The notes beneath the pieces are model-generated. The model ran no database searches. It was not told the origin of the DNA and saw nothing but the letters and a program-made list of their open reading frames with translations. A stretch of 64,000 bases of DNA from Flavobacteriales bacterium (lineage in GTDB: Bacteria; Bacteroidota; Bacteroidia; Flavobacteriales_C; CBFIFL01), in assembly GCA_965661855.1 (NCBI GenBank), contig CBFIFL010000003.1:4614-68613 (forward strand), read 5' to 3'. Within the stretch, counting starts at the first letter, position 1, and each line of letters starts with the position of its first letter. A program made the translations under genes and the position numbers. This document shows positions 1 to 10,816 of this stretch, piece by piece.

Positions 1-682
1 GAATGGTTTTATGATTTTAAAATCATTTTTAACTAAAGCTGAAGTTGATGAGGCCAATGCTGAACTTCAAAGGTTAATTGATGAAGGAATTGTTGACTAT
101 AACTTTACGGGAAGAAAAGTAATGTTTGCTTTTCAAAAATCGGAATTGCTGAGATCAATAGTTGAGAAAATGGAAATCATTGAGATTCTTCAGTTTATTC
201 TGGAGAAGAAAGTGAAGCCATTTCAAACGATCAATTTTATACAGCCATCTGAGCAAAGAGCTCATTCTGATATCATTCACATGACCACACAACCGTTAGG
301 ATATATGGTTGCTGCTTGGTTTGCATTAGAAGATATTGGTTTGGATCAAGGTCCGATATTCTATTATCCAGGTTCTCATAAATTACCTTATGTCTTGAAT
401 TCTTCCTACAATCATGGAGGATCCCGTTGGATGATTGGTCCGGAAGCATATTTGAATTACGAAAATTATTTAGAGGCCATTATTAAGAAAGAAAACCTTC
501 AGAAAGAATACTTTACACCAGAAGCTGGAGATGTTTTAATTTGGCATGGAAACCTCATTCATGGAGGTAGTAAATGGAATGATAAACAGCAAACAAGAAA
601 AAGTATGGTATGCCATTACTTTACAGAAGATGTTGTTTGTTATCATGAGTTAACGCAGCGATTCGCGTATATAAAACAGTAA
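1..682 (+). CDS. Phytanoyl-CoA dioxygenase (PhyH) family Fe(II)/2-oxoglutarate oxygenase. The 5' end is probably truncated by the window edge: the frame is open to position 2.
   Basis: HxD (AHSDI) ... H (HGG) facial-triad spacing and a PhyH-like core. The ORF has no stop upstream of the first Met at position 11. Confidence 0.5.
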   Translation, partial: NGFMILKSFLTKAEVDEANAELQRLIDEGIVDYNFTGRKVMFAFQKSELLRSIVEKMEIIEILQFILEKKVKPFQTINFIQPSEQRAHSDIIHMTTQPLGYMVAAWFALEDIGLDQGPIFYYPGSHKLPYVLNSSYNHGGSRWMIGPEAYLNYENYLEAIIKKENLQKEYFTPEAGDVLIWHGNLIHGGSKWNDKQQTRKSMVCHYFTEDVVCYHELTQRFAYIKQ

Positions 683-684
683 AC

Positions 685-2823
685 ATGTTAGAAGAAAGAA
701 TAAGTAAAGCATTGAATATTTCAAGTGCGGGGGTTAAGGCGGTTGTTAGTTTATACGATGCCGATGCAACCATTCCGTTTATTGCTCGATATCGAAAAGA
801 AATGACGGGAGGATTGGATGAAGTTCAGATTGGAAATATTGTTGATGAATATGAATCTTTAAAGACTTTACTTAAAAGACGAGAGGCGATTTTAAAGTCA
901 ATGTCTGAACAAGATGTTTTAAGTCAAGACTTAAAAAAACAAATAGAATCTACGTGGGATTTAAATGAATTAGAAGATATATATCTTCCGTTTAAACCTA
1001 AAAAGAAGACAAGAGCAAGTATTGCAAGGGACCTAGGTCTTGAAACATTGGCCAAAATTATAATGTCACAAAATGACGGAGACCTAATCAATCAGGCGAA
1101 GCGTTTTGTAAAAGGAGATTTAAAAACTCCAGAAGAGGCAATCGAAAAGTCATTGGATATCATATCCGAATGGGTGTCAGAGAGTAAAGCTTCCAGAGAT
1201 ATAATAAGAAAAGCATTTAGCTCAACAGCTAAAATCACTTCTAAAAAGAAGAAAGCTACGGTAGAAAATGAGGATAAGTATTCAGCCTATTTTGACTGGA
1301 GTGAATTGTTAAAGAAATGTGCTAGTCATCGTTTTTTGGCAATCAAAAGGGGAGAAGCAGAAGGTGTTTTAAGTAGTAAGATTGAGGTAGATCAAAAAGA
1401 GTTGCAATTGCGTTTAGAACGCGTTTTTGTAAAACAGAATAATGAAGCTGGTAACTATATTAAGTTAGCGGTGAAAGATGCGATAAAGCGATTGTTGCTT
1501 CCATCTATTTCCAAAGAGTTTGAGCAGAATCATAAACTAAAATCAGATCAAGAGGCTATCAAAGTTTTTTCGCAGAATCTACGACAGCTACTGCTTGCGG
1601 CTCCTTTAGGGAATAAAAAGATTTTGGCGATTGATCCCGGTTTCAGATCAGGATGTAAGTTGGTCTGTTTAAATGAAAATGGAGAACTAAAACACAACGA
1701 GACTATCTATCCACATCCTCCTAAAAAGGATGCAAAAAAGGCCATGAATAAAATTGGTCAATTGGTAGAGGCTTATAAGATTGAAGCTATTGCCATTGGA
1801 AATGGAACGGCTGGAAGAGAGACGGAGAATTTGGTAAGTAGAATGAAGTTTAAGACAGATGTTCAGGTTTTTGTAGTTAATGAAGCAGGAGCATCTATAT
1901 ATTCAGCTAGTTCGGTTGCTCGTAAAGAATTTCCGAATTATGACGTTACCGTAAGAGGTTCAGTTTCCATTGGAAGAAGATTAATGGATCCAATGGCTGA
2001 GTTGGTTAAAATTGATCCAAAATCAATTGGGGTTGGTCAATATCAGCACGATGTAAACCAAAAGTTGTTGGAAGAAGCACTTGGTAGAGATGTTGAGTTT
2101 TGTGTAAACAAAGTAGGAGTAGATTTAAATACAGCATCAGAATATTTACTCGCTCATGTATCTGGTTTAAATGCTACCATTGCACAAAATATAGTTGCTT
2201 ATAGGTCAGCCAATGGTGCATTCTCTTCAAGAAATGAATTATTGAAAGTAGATCGATTGGGGAAAAAGTCCTTTGAGCAATCAGCAGGGTTTTTACGAAT
2301 TAAAGAAGCTAAACATCCTTTAGATAATAGTGCTGTACATCCAGAGGTTTATAAATTGGTGGAGTCAATTGCAAAAGCGTATAAGGTTCAATTAAAAGAT
2401 TTAGTAGGTAACGATAGTTTGTTGGAGGAAATAGAATGGAGTAATTTTGTTTCTGCAACTGTCGGTCTGCCAACCTTAATGGATATCAAGGAAGAATTGA
2501 AAAAGCCGGGTAGAGATCCTCGTAAAGCGGCTAAAGTGTTGAAGTTTGATGAGAATGTTAGAAGTATTAAAGATTTAAGTGAAGGACAAATACTTCCTGG
2601 AGTGGTAAGTAACATTACAAATTTCGGAGCATTTGTAGATGTTGGAGCCAAGCAAGACGGATTGGTACATATCTCTCAAATCACAGAGCAGTTCATTTCT
2701 AATCCTGCCGATGTACTTCACTTGAATCAACCTGTGAAAGTGAAAGTAGTAAGTATCGATATAGCTAAGAATCGCGTTGGTTTTTCAATGAAAGGAATCG
2801 ATCAACCCAGATATGCTTGGTAG
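685..2823 (+). CDS. tex: Tex, RNA-binding transcription accessory protein (YqgF/RuvC-like, HhH and S1 domains).
   Basis: N-terminal ...IARYRKEMTGGLDEVQI..., a central YqgF region and a C-terminal S1 domain. 712 aa is typical for Tex. Confidence 0.88.
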   Translation: MLEERISKALNISSAGVKAVVSLYDADATIPFIARYRKEMTGGLDEVQIGNIVDEYESLKTLLKRREAILKSMSEQDVLSQDLKKQIESTWDLNELEDIYLPFKPKKKTRASIARDLGLETLAKIIMSQNDGDLINQAKRFVKGDLKTPEEAIEKSLDIISEWVSESKASRDIIRKAFSSTAKITSKKKKATVENEDKYSAYFDWSELLKKCASHRFLAIKRGEAEGVLSSKIEVDQKELQLRLERVFVKQNNEAGNYIKLAVKDAIKRLLLPSISKEFEQNHKLKSDQEAIKVFSQNLRQLLLAAPLGNKKILAIDPGFRSGCKLVCLNENGELKHNETIYPHPPKKDAKKAMNKIGQLVEAYKIEAIAIGNGTAGRETENLVSRMKFKTDVQVFVVNEAGASIYSASSVARKEFPNYDVTVRGSVSIGRRLMDPMAELVKIDPKSIGVGQYQHDVNQKLLEEALGRDVEFCVNKVGVDLNTASEYLLAHVSGLNATIAQNIVAYRSANGAFSSRNELLKVDRLGKKSFEQSAGFLRIKEAKHPLDNSAVHPEVYKLVESIAKAYKVQLKDLVGNDSLLEEIEWSNFVSATVGLPTLMDIKEELKKPGRDPRKAAKVLKFDENVRSIKDLSEGQILPGVVSNITNFGAFVDVGAKQDGLVHISQITEQFISNPADVLHLNQPVKVKVVSIDIAKNRVGFSMKGIDQPRYAW

Positions 2824-2898
2824 TTTGAAAATGGATTGAAAGATATGCTCCTCGATGTAAGAGAATTACTTATTTTTGTGTCTTAAAATTTAGGAATT

Positions 2899-3741
2899 AT
2901 GTTCAGTCAGAAAGACGTTGCAGACTACTATAATACTACTCAGAATCATTATGAAAGCTGGTGGAATTTGAAAGAAGGACACTCTTTACATTATGGTATT
3001 TGGGAAGATGGAATTAAAACATTCACAGAGTCTTTAAAGAACACGAATAAAACAATGTTCGAGAAAGCAGAAATTAAGGCAACAGATGTTGTGTTAGATG
3101 CTGGATGTGGAGTAGGTGGTGCGGCTATCTTTATGGCAAAGAATGCAGGTGCTGATGTTACTGGAATTACACTAAGTTCAAGACAAGTAGAATTCGGAAA
3201 TCAGTTAATCGCGGATAATGGTGTAGCTGATAAAGCTAGATTAGAAGTAGGTGATTACACTCAAATGAGATTTGAAGATGAGAGCTTTGATGTAGTTTGG
3301 GCATGTGAATCTGTATCTAGTGCACCAGATAAAAAAGACTTCATTAAAGAAGCTTTCAGAGTATTAAAGCCAGGAGGAAGATTGATCATGAGTGATTGTT
3401 TTAAAACAACAAATGATCAAAAAGATCCTAAAGAATGGATCAAGAAATGGGGAGCAACTTGGGGTGTTTCTAACCTAGTTACTGGTGATGACTTTGTTAA
3501 CTGGTTAAAGGAGAAAGGGTTCTCTTCAGCTGAAAAAAAAGACTATACAGAAGAAGTAACTAAGAGTGCAAAGAGAATGTACTATGCTGCTATCGGTGGA
3601 GCTTTACCTTCAGAGTTATACAACATAACACATCCGAAAGTATCAAGATTCGCTAAACATCATTACAGAAGCGGATACTATCAGTATAAAGCATTAAAAG
3701 TTGATTTATGGAAGTACTTTATAGTTCACGCTGTAAAGTAG
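2899..3741 (+). CDS. Class I SAM-dependent methyltransferase, similar to the sterol/cyclopropane-fatty-acid methyltransferase family.
   Basis: Motif I VLDAGCGVGG and a post-I acidic residue; 280 aa. Confidence 0.65.
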   Translation: MFSQKDVADYYNTTQNHYESWWNLKEGHSLHYGIWEDGIKTFTESLKNTNKTMFEKAEIKATDVVLDAGCGVGGAAIFMAKNAGADVTGITLSSRQVEFGNQLIADNGVADKARLEVGDYTQMRFEDESFDVVWACESVSSAPDKKDFIKEAFRVLKPGGRLIMSDCFKTTNDQKDPKEWIKKWGATWGVSNLVTGDDFVNWLKEKGFSSAEKKDYTEEVTKSAKRMYYAAIGGALPSELYNITHPKVSRFAKHHYRSGYYQYKALKVDLWKYFIVHAVK

Positions 3742-3761
3742 TATTCTTGAAATACAATATT

Positions 3762-3799
3762 AAAAAAGGCACTTACTTATGTAGTAAGTGCCTTTTTTG
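3762..3799. terminator. Bidirectional rho-independent terminator between the convergent methyltransferase (+) and higA (-) genes.
   Basis: aaaaaaGGCACTTACTtatgTAGTAAGTGCCttttttg: perfect 11-bp stem flanked by A-run and T-run. Confidence 0.7.
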
Positions 3800-4165
3800 T
3801 TACAGCAAGTTATAAGGCTTAACCAAGATACTGGCCGAAATATGTAACAGTTTTTCAAGCTTAGCTATCATTTCAACAGTCAGCTTTTTTTTGCGATTTA
3901 ATATTTCCGATACACGACTTTTTCCGCCAATGACTCCAATTAGATCCTTTTGTTTTAAGTCCAGCTCTTCCATTCTGATCTTTATGGCTTCTATTGGATC
4001 AGGACTTTCGATTGGGAAATGGGTGTTCTCAAAATTTTCAATTAATAGTGATAAAATTTCTGCTTCATCTCCTTCAATAGAGTTAATAGGAGCATCAAAA
4101 ATATCTTCTAGTCTGTTAATAGCCGAATTATAATCTTCTATATTTTTTATTGGTTTTATATTCAT
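3800..4165 (-). CDS. higA: HigA antitoxin (HTH-XRE family). The likely start is the Met of MNIKPIKNIEDY at 4165, not the longer ORF reaching 4261.
   Basis: N-terminus and C-terminal HTH (KQKDLIGVIGGKSRVSEILNRKKKLTVEMIAKLEKLL) match the HigA/antidote architecture. It starts 4 nt downstream of the higB stop. Confidence 0.75.
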   Translation of the reverse strand: MNIKPIKNIEDYNSAINRLEDIFDAPINSIEGDEAEILSLLIENFENTHFPIESPDPIEAIKIRMEELDLKQKDLIGVIGGKSRVSEILNRKKKLTVEMIAKLEKLLHISASILVKPYNLL

Positions 4166-4169
4166 GGCT

Positions 4170-4466
4170 CTAAATTTTAGTCGCATCAATTCTATCGTAT
4201 TCCTTATGTGTACCAATGAATCGAATAAAAGCCCATTGCCTTTCAAAATTGAACTTAACAATAAGTCTGTACGAATTTCCCTTAATGTTAAATACTATTC
4301 TGTTTTCCTTTAGGATACTAGCATGAGTGTAACTGTTCTTAACGTCATTGGGTGTTAACCAATTAGACTTTTTAGCTGTTTCGTACCAGGTTTTTAAATA
4401 GTTTTCAGAGTCTGGATATTGTTCCCAGAACTCTCTAAGCACCTTTTTGGCGATTATTCTTTTCAT
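4170..4466 (-). CDS. higB: HigB-family type II toxin (mRNA interferase).
   Basis: ...IKGNSYRLIVKFNFERQWAFIRFIGTHKEYDRI... matches the HigB/RelE-fold signature. 98 aa; toxin-first gene order as in higBA. Confidence 0.75.
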   Translation of the reverse strand: MKRIIAKKVLREFWEQYPDSENYLKTWYETAKKSNWLTPNDVKNSYTHASILKENRIVFNIKGNSYRLIVKFNFERQWAFIRFIGTHKEYDRIDATKI

Positions 4467-4477
4467 TCAATGGTTTT

Positions 4478-4508
4478 ATAAAAATACAAAAGTTCTCTAA
4501 AAGAGAAC
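4478..4508 (-). terminator. Rho-independent terminator downstream of the DUF3817 gene (minus strand).
   Basis: Minus-strand GTTCTCttttaGAGAAC followed by ttttgtattttta. Confidence 0.5.
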
Positions 4509-4577
4509 TAGTTTTTAGAGATATAAAACTAATTGATATTCAGAAGAGAAATGAAAAGACTTAGGAAACGTAGAGAT

Positions 4578-4871
4578 CTAATTATACTTCCTAAAAATCT
4601 TTTTATCTGCAACAAAGGTTCCAAATGGTAGAAGAGATGCAATAAAACTTAATACTGCATCAATGAATTTCCACTTGTGTTTAGTTAATAGAATTAAAAG
4701 ATAGATGCAGTAAGCGATGAACAAAACACCATGAGCCATTCCGACTATTTTATTAGGACCAGGCATGTCGTAAGAATACTTTAATACCATGGTGATAGCC
4801 AAAAGTAAATAGCTAATTCCTTCTAATACAGCAATTAATCGGAATTGTTTAAGTGTTTTGTTGCTTGACAT
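4578..4871 (-). CDS. DUF3817-like small integral membrane protein.
   Basis: Three predicted TM helices, 97 aa. Its start overlaps the stop of the upstream gene (ATGA). Confidence 0.45.
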   Translation of the reverse strand: MSSNKTLKQFRLIAVLEGISYLLLAITMVLKYSYDMPGPNKIVGMAHGVLFIAYCIYLLILLTKHKWKFIDAVLSFIASLLPFGTFVADKKIFRKYN

Positions 4872-5266
4872 TATTTTAATTTTTTGATTAAATCATCCAT
4901 GTATTCTTCCCAAGATTTCAAAAGGGGAGAGTCTAAGAATAACTCTCTTATTTCTGAGTCTTTTTTTATTGACTTTGCTAATTGGGCAGCTGCTTTTATT
5001 TCCGTTTCTGAAAAAGAATACTCGCTTTTGGTAAGCCAATCCACTTTATCTGCTGGAAAAGTCTTGAAGTTATCCGTCTTTGCACTGGCTACTAATTCTA
5101 TAGCTGCTAAAGCTTCTGTGCATTCTTTTAATACAACATCATCTAAATCAGATAAGTCATTTAGGCTTTTGATAAGATTATTCACCGATTTGAAATCGTT
5201 GTTAGCTTCAATGTTCTTTAGCCATTCAATGGCGTCGTTATTGTCGAATGTGTTTACTCCCCACAT
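4871..5266 (-). CDS. Hypothetical protein (DUF4259-like), downstream of mutB in the same orientation.
   Basis: 131-aa ORF with good codon structure; 24-nt gap after the mutB stop. Confidence 0.4.
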   Translation of the reverse strand: MWGVNTFDNNDAIEWLKNIEANNDFKSVNNLIKSLNDLSDLDDVVLKECTEALAAIELVASAKTDNFKTFPADKVDWLTKSEYSFSETEIKAAAQLAKSIKKDSEIRELFLDSPLLKSWEEYMDDLIKKLK

Positions 5267-5290
5267 AAATTTTGTTTTATAGATTGAATT

Positions 5291-7417
5291 TTAGTCTTCT
5301 AATAAGATTTCTAAAATTTGGCAAGCTGCTTTAGCTATTACAGTTCCAGGGCCAAATACGGCTGCAACGCCATGATCAAAAAGGTAATCATAATCTTGCC
5401 TTGGAATAACTCCTCCTGCAACTACCATGATGTCTTCTCTTCCATATGCTGCTAGTTCCTTGATTACCTCAGGAACCAATGTCTTGTGTCCTGCCGCTAA
5501 TGAACTAACACCTAAAATATGAACGTCATTTTCGATTGCTTGTTTTGCTGCTTCTTTAGGAGTTTGAAATAATGGACCTATATCCACATCAAAACCTAAA
5601 TCTGCGAAAGATGTTGAAATTACTTTTGCTCCTCTATCATGTCCGTCCTGACCCATTTTAGCAACCATAATTCTTGGTCTTCTACCTTCTTCTTTTTCGA
5701 AAGTATCGCTTAATTCCTGAGCCTTTTTAAAATATTCGTCGTTCTGTGTCATCTCTGAAGAGTATACTCCGTTGATTGATTTAATTACTGCTTTGTATCT
5801 ACCAAAGTGTTTTTCCAAAGCATCAGAAATTTCACCAAGAGAAGCTCTAGCTCTGGCTGCATTTACAGCTAACTCCAGAAGGTTCCCTTCTCCTGTCTCA
5901 GCTGCAACACTTAAGGCAGCTAAGCAAGCAAAAACTTCCGTTTGATTTCTGTTGTCTTTTAAGTCTTTAAGTCTTTCGATTTGAGCCGTCCTAACCTTGG
6001 TGTTATCTACCTCAAGTGTTTCGATATCGTCTTCCTTTTCTAATTGGAATCGATTAACTCCAACAATCACATCTTGACCTGAATCGATTCTAGCTTGCTT
6101 TCTAGCTGCTGCTTCCTCAATTCTCATTTTCGGAATTCCTGTTTCAATAGCCTTCGCCATTCCACCAAGCTTATCAATTTCTTGAATATGCTCCCAAGCT
6201 CTGTCTGCAATGTCTTTTGTCAGTGATTCTACGTAATGTGAACCAGCCCAAGGATCAACTACTTTACAGATATCGGTTTCTTGTTGTAAGAATATTTGAG
6301 TGTTCCTTGCTATTCTAGCTGAAAAATCGGTTGGCAAAGCAATTGCTTCATCTAATGCATTGGTGTGTAAAGATTGTGTATGTCCAAGCGCAGCAGCACT
6401 GGCTTCAACACATGTTCTTGCCACGTTGTTAAAAGGATCTTGTTCTGTTAATGACCAACCAGAAGTTTGACAATGTGTACGCAAAGCCAAAGACTTTTCA
6501 TTTTTCGGATTAAATTGTTTTACCATTTTAGCCCACAACATTCTCGCAGCTCTCATCTTAGCAATTTCCATGAAATGATTCATTCCAATTGCCCAGAAAA
6601 AACTTAGTCTTGGCGCAAAAGTATCAATATCCATTCCAGCTTCGATTCCAGCTTTAATGTATTCTAATCCATCTGCTAGGGTATATGCCAATTCAATATC
6701 GGCAGTTGCACCAGCTTCTTGCATGTGGTATCCAGATATCGAAATGGAATTAAACTTCGGCATGTTCGCTGAAGTGTATTCAAAAATATCAGAGATAATT
6801 CTCATGGAAGGAGCAGGAGGGTATATGTAGGTGTTTCTAACCATGAATTCCTTTAGGATATCATTTTGGATAGTTCCACTCAATTGATCCTTACTTACTC
6901 CTTGTTCTTCAGCAGCAACAATATAGAATGCTAAGATGGGTAAAACAGCACCGTTCATAGTCATCGAAACAGACATCTTATCTAAAGGAATCTGATCGAA
7001 CAAGATTTTCATGTCAAGAATTGAATCTATTGCAACACCGGCTTTACCAACATCACCTAGTACTCTTTCATTGTCAGAATCGTATCCTCTATGCGTTGCT
7101 AAATCGAAAGCAACTGAAAGACCTTTTTGTCCGGCAGCTAAGTTTCTTCTGTAAAAAGCATTTGACTCTTCCGCTGTAGAAAATCCTGCATATTGTCTTA
7201 TCGTCCACGGACGCATAACATACATAGTGGCATAAGGACCTCTTAAAAAAGGAGGTACACCTGCAGCAAAATCTAAATGATCTAAGTCTTTAGAATCAGC
7301 TGAGTCATAAAACTTTTTGATCTGAATTTTTTCTGGTGTTAACCAAGAGCCTTCTTCTATTTGAACAGAAGAGTTAAATTCAGATTTTATATCGATGTTC
7401 TCAAAATTCGTTCTCAT
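5291..7417 (-). CDS. scpA: Methylmalonyl-CoA mutase large (catalytic, B12-binding) subunit.
   Basis: ...[47 protein letters not shown]... and a C-terminal B12-binding domain with ...GHDRGAKV... (DxHxxG). 708 aa. Confidence 0.9.
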   Translation of the reverse strand: MRTNFENIDIKSEFNSSVQIEEGSWLTPEKIQIKKFYDSADSKDLDHLDFAAGVPPFLRGPYATMYVMRPWTIRQYAGFSTAEESNAFYRRNLAAGQKGLSVAFDLATHRGYDSDNERVLGDVGKAGVAIDSILDMKILFDQIPLDKMSVSMTMNGAVLPILAFYIVAAEEQGVSKDQLSGTIQNDILKEFMVRNTYIYPPAPSMRIISDIFEYTSANMPKFNSISISGYHMQEAGATADIELAYTLADGLEYIKAGIEAGMDIDTFAPRLSFFWAIGMNHFMEIAKMRAARMLWAKMVKQFNPKNEKSLALRTHCQTSGWSLTEQDPFNNVARTCVEASAAALGHTQSLHTNALDEAIALPTDFSARIARNTQIFLQQETDICKVVDPWAGSHYVESLTKDIADRAWEHIQEIDKLGGMAKAIETGIPKMRIEEAAARKQARIDSGQDVIVGVNRFQLEKEDDIETLEVDNTKVRTAQIERLKDLKDNRNQTEVFACLAALSVAAETGEGNLLELAVNAARARASLGEISDALEKHFGRYKAVIKSINGVYSSEMTQNDEYFKKAQELSDTFEKEEGRRPRIMVAKMGQDGHDRGAKVISTSFADLGFDVDIGPLFQTPKEAAKQAIENDVHILGVSSLAAGHKTLVPEVIKELAAYGREDIMVVAGGVIPRQDYDYLFDHGVAAVFGPGTVIAKAACQILEILLED

Positions 7418-8871
7418 TAAGCATTGATTTTTTCGTTCGCCAATCTTTCTGTTTCTAAATTTTCACTCCATCTTATTTTACTAAGAGGAGTAAATGTTTT
7501 AGAAATTTGATTGTCTAAAACTGGTTTGAAATCAGACTTGTTGATTTTATCACCCATTTGTTCGTCCTTATTCGGGTGAATGTTTGTTCCTAGCAATACA
7601 ACAGAACCATCAGCAACTTTCGCTACCATTTTGTCTTGCTCTTCTTTTAATTCAGATTGAACAGAACCATTTTCTAGTGCTCTTAAGAATCCACCTTCTT
7701 TTTCCGTAAGAAGAAATAAACTCCAAGCTTTATCAATTAATTGTTCAGTAAGGTGTTCTAGATAGTAAGAACCAGAAGCGGGATCAACAACATTATTTAA
7801 GAAAGACTCCTCCTGGATAATTAATTGAATATTTCTCGCAATTCTTCCACCAAATTCATTGTTATCTGTATAAGTTGTATCGAACGGAAGGATGGAAATG
7901 TTTTCGTATCCAGCTATTGCTGCAGACATTGCTTCTTTCGTTCCTCTTAGCATGTTCACATAAGGATCAAAAAGAGTTTTGTTAACCGTAGAGCTAATTG
8001 CTGAAAATTCAGGAAATGAAAGCACCTCTGAATCATATGCTTCTCCTAGCTTTTTAAGCATGTAAGTGAAAGACTTAAGCTTAGCTATTTCGAAGAAGTA
8101 GTTTGATGTAATTCCAAAAGTAATCTCCGTATTCTTCAATAAGTCATTAATCTCCATGTCTGAAGCTTCGATACACTCAACCAAGATGGATAATGTATAT
8201 CCTAATTCTTGAGTGAAGTTTGCCGATGCATCTTTCAAATGATTTGCTTTAATAGCCAATTTTCCACCAGCAGCTATGAATACAGCTAATTGGTCAAGAT
8301 TGTCATCAGGAGAAACATTTGCTCTACCTGAAAGCGTATCTCCAATCGGATCTATATAAACACCACCATCAGCATTCTTATTCCACTCCTTGAATTGTCC
8401 CGCTAGGTCCATGTCCAATTGCTCGATATAAATGTAAACCGGAGCGTATTCAGAATCGATGTCTTTTACCAGTTCGCTTAAATTGATTTCCATTTCAGCC
8501 GGAATATCAAAGCTAACCGAAGTAGCCCCTTTCATTAAAGCATTTAAGGCCTCCTTATTAGCAGAAGAGCTATCCGTAACTTGGATGTATTCTCTAATTT
8601 CCCATTGATTGTTAGTTCTATGGATGTTGCTATATGCTGTGTTTGGTAAATCTTCTTTTCTGTAGTACGGACGAATATCGAATCCTTCGTTCGTTTTCCA
8701 TACTAAAGTATCATCGTAATTTTTTCCTTTTAAAAGCTTATCAATAGCCTGTTCCCACTGTTCAGTGGATACTTTAGGAAAGTCTTGAAATAATGAACTC
8801 ATAATTAGTGTTAAAAGTACCTTGCAAATATAATGAAAAGGGCTCCTGAGCGTTGTGGAGTTTGTTAACAA
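7417..8871 (-). CDS. mutA: Methylmalonyl-CoA mutase small subunit.
   Basis: Mutase-fold similarity without the B12 motif. Its stop overlaps the scpA start (ATGA). Confidence 0.75.
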   Translation of the reverse strand: MLTNSTTLRSPFHYICKVLLTLIMSSLFQDFPKVSTEQWEQAIDKLLKGKNYDDTLVWKTNEGFDIRPYYRKEDLPNTAYSNIHRTNNQWEIREYIQVTDSSSANKEALNALMKGATSVSFDIPAEMEINLSELVKDIDSEYAPVYIYIEQLDMDLAGQFKEWNKNADGGVYIDPIGDTLSGRANVSPDDNLDQLAVFIAAGGKLAIKANHLKDASANFTQELGYTLSILVECIEASDMEINDLLKNTEITFGITSNYFFEIAKLKSFTYMLKKLGEAYDSEVLSFPEFSAISSTVNKTLFDPYVNMLRGTKEAMSAAIAGYENISILPFDTTYTDNNEFGGRIARNIQLIIQEESFLNNVVDPASGSYYLEHLTEQLIDKAWSLFLLTEKEGGFLRALENGSVQSELKEEQDKMVAKVADGSVVLLGTNIHPNKDEQMGDKINKSDFKPVLDNQISKTFTPLSKIRWSENLETERLANEKINA

Positions 8872-8926
8872 AAGCCGTATAAGAGACCAATAAAAAAGAA
8901 TATCTTTACAGCGCTAAAAACTTATT

Positions 8927-10816
8927 ATGGAAGGATTTATTTATCTAGTACCGTTTATCATTTTATCATGGTTTGGTACTTCTTTCTTTTTTAAAGCTGC
9001 CGGAGAAAAACAATGGAAAGCTTTTATCCCTGTATACAATGTAATTGTATGGTTAAAGCTGATTAAAAAACCTACTTGGTGGGTGTTGTTGTCGTTTATT
9101 CCTGTAGTAAATATTGTTCTGTTTATAGGGATGGTGGTGGAGTTGTTAAACTCGTTTGGAATTAGAAACAAAGCTCAGCATGTAATAGCGGCAGTGGTGC
9201 CTTATATCTATTTACCTTATTTAGGTATGAAAGGTGGGTTGGCTCATACCGGACCAGTTGATTATTCAAATCAAAAGAAAGGTATCGCTAGAGAGTGGTC
9301 AGAAGCTTTGTTTTTCGCGATTATAGCTGCTACAGCAATTCGTGCCTTTGTTATTGAAGCGTTTGTGATTCCTACAGGATCGATGGAAAGAACTCTAAGA
9401 GTTTATGATTGTTTATTCGTTAATAAAATGAGTTACGGAACAAGATTTACAATGACTCCTTTATCGGTTCCATTTTCTCATCAAACAATCATGGGAACAA
9501 GCATTAAATCTTATACTGATTTTGTAAAAATTCCATACTTCCGTTTCCCTGCCTTTGAGGATATTGATAATGGGGATATGGTTGTTTTTAATTATCCGCA
9601 AGAAGACTATCATCCTATTGATAAGAGATCTCACTATATCAAAAGATGTCTTGGAACTCCAGGAGATTCTTTGGCTATTATTGATGGAGTGGTAAAAGTA
9701 AATGGGGAAGATTTTGTTAATGCAGATACTTATCAATTATCATATACTGTTTCAAGTTCTGTGATGCTTGGCGAACAGTTCTTTGAATTGTATGAAGTTG
9801 CACCTGATGATCGAAGGTATGTTCCTCATGGAAATACTTTTGTTTATGATATAGCTATGCCAGATAATATCGCTGAGCAAATGAAAAGCGAATCAGGAAT
9901 TACAGGTATTGTTAAAAATATTAAGCCAAGGGGAGCAGGAGGAGCAGTTTTTTATGATGAGTCTAAAACTGGAGAATGGACAGTAGATAACTTTGGTCCA
10001 ATTTACATGCCTCAAGCAGGAGACGTAATTAATATTAATGAAGATAACTTTGGTCAGTATAAGCGTTTGATTAATGTTTATGAGCATGGAGAGATCATTC
10101 GTTCTGAAGATTTATTAGTTCAAGCGGAGAAAATAAAAGAGCTTAATCAAGCTGTTAATAGTATCAATGTTACAGAGCTGTTTGTAAATGCAAATAAGGA
10201 TTATCGACTATTTAACGGTAGCAAAGGATCTTTCGGACAACTATATTCTATAGTGAACGGAGTTAAGGATAATTTTATTCACGTAGAGCTTCCAGGTGGA
10301 GTCTTAAAGTTAGCGGATCAGTTTTACTGGAAGGATAATGCTAACTACTCTGACGCTGATATGATAAACTTAGCTGATGACTTTAAATCATTTTTCGAAG
10401 AGAATTACAAGTCTCAATTAGAAGAATTAAAATCACTATATGCTCAATTTGAAAATGCTGGAGAAGACGTGTTTTTGATCAATGGTGAAATGACTAATAA
10501 GTACGAGGTAAAGCAAGGTTACTTTTTCATGATCGGAGATAACCGTCATCGTTCAGCAGATAGTAGAATGTGGGGGTATGTTCCAGAAAATCATATTGTT
10601 GGTAAGCCTGTTTTTGTATGGATGTCTTTGTCTAACACAACCGATGGTAATATTTTCGATAGAGTTCGTTGGGATAGAGTTTGTTCATTTGTAGATAGAG
10701 ACGGTTTGTCTAGATCTTATAAAATTGAAGTACTGATATTAATCTTACTTTGGACTGGATTCAATCAATTGTATTGGAAGCCGAAAAAGGCTAAAAAGAA
10801 GAAGCAATTGAACTAA
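8927..10816 (+). CDS. lepB: Signal peptidase I, long Bacteroidota form with an N-terminal multi-TM extension.
   Basis: Box E-type ...GDNRHRSADSRMWGYVPENHIVGKPVFVW..., SM (Ser) in ...PTGSMERTL..., and catalytic Lys in ...YIKRCLG... Confidence 0.8.
   Translation: MEGFIYLVPFIILSWFGTSFFFKAAGEKQWKAFIPVYNVIVWLKLIKKPTWWVLLSFIPVVNIVLFIGMVVELLNSFGIRNKAQHVIAAVVPYIYLPYLGMKGGLAHTGPVDYSNQKKGIAREWSEALFFAIIAATAIRAFVIEAFVIPTGSMERTLRVYDCLFVNKMSYGTRFTMTPLSVPFSHQTIMGTSIKSYTDFVKIPYFRFPAFEDIDNGDMVVFNYPQEDYHPIDKRSHYIKRCLGTPGDSLAIIDGVVKVNGEDFVNADTYQLSYTVSSSVMLGEQFFELYEVAPDDRRYVPHGNTFVYDIAMPDNIAEQMKSESGITGIVKNIKPRGAGGAVFYDESKTGEWTVDNFGPIYMPQAGDVININEDNFGQYKRLINVYEHGEIIRSEDLLVQAEKIKELNQAVNSINVTELFVNANKDYRLFNGSKGSFGQLYSIVNGVKDNFIHVELPGGVLKLADQFYWKDNANYSDADMINLADDFKSFFEENYKSQLEELKSLYAQFENAGEDVFLINGEMTNKYEVKQGYFFMIGDNRHRSADSRMWGYVPENHIVGKPVFVWMSLSNTTDGNIFDRVRWDRVCSFVDRDGLSRSYKIEVLILILLWTGFNQLYWKPKKAKKKKQLN

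Noticed and set aside
3891-4133. 80-aa ORF antisense to higA, and similar antisense ORFs at 2388..2651, 4884..5282, 8941..9171, 15026..15448, 51285..51554 and 54282..54608.
   Set aside because: These are fully embedded antisense in well-supported genes, have low-complexity or Ser/Leu-rich translations, and have no independent signals, so they are taken as spurious.
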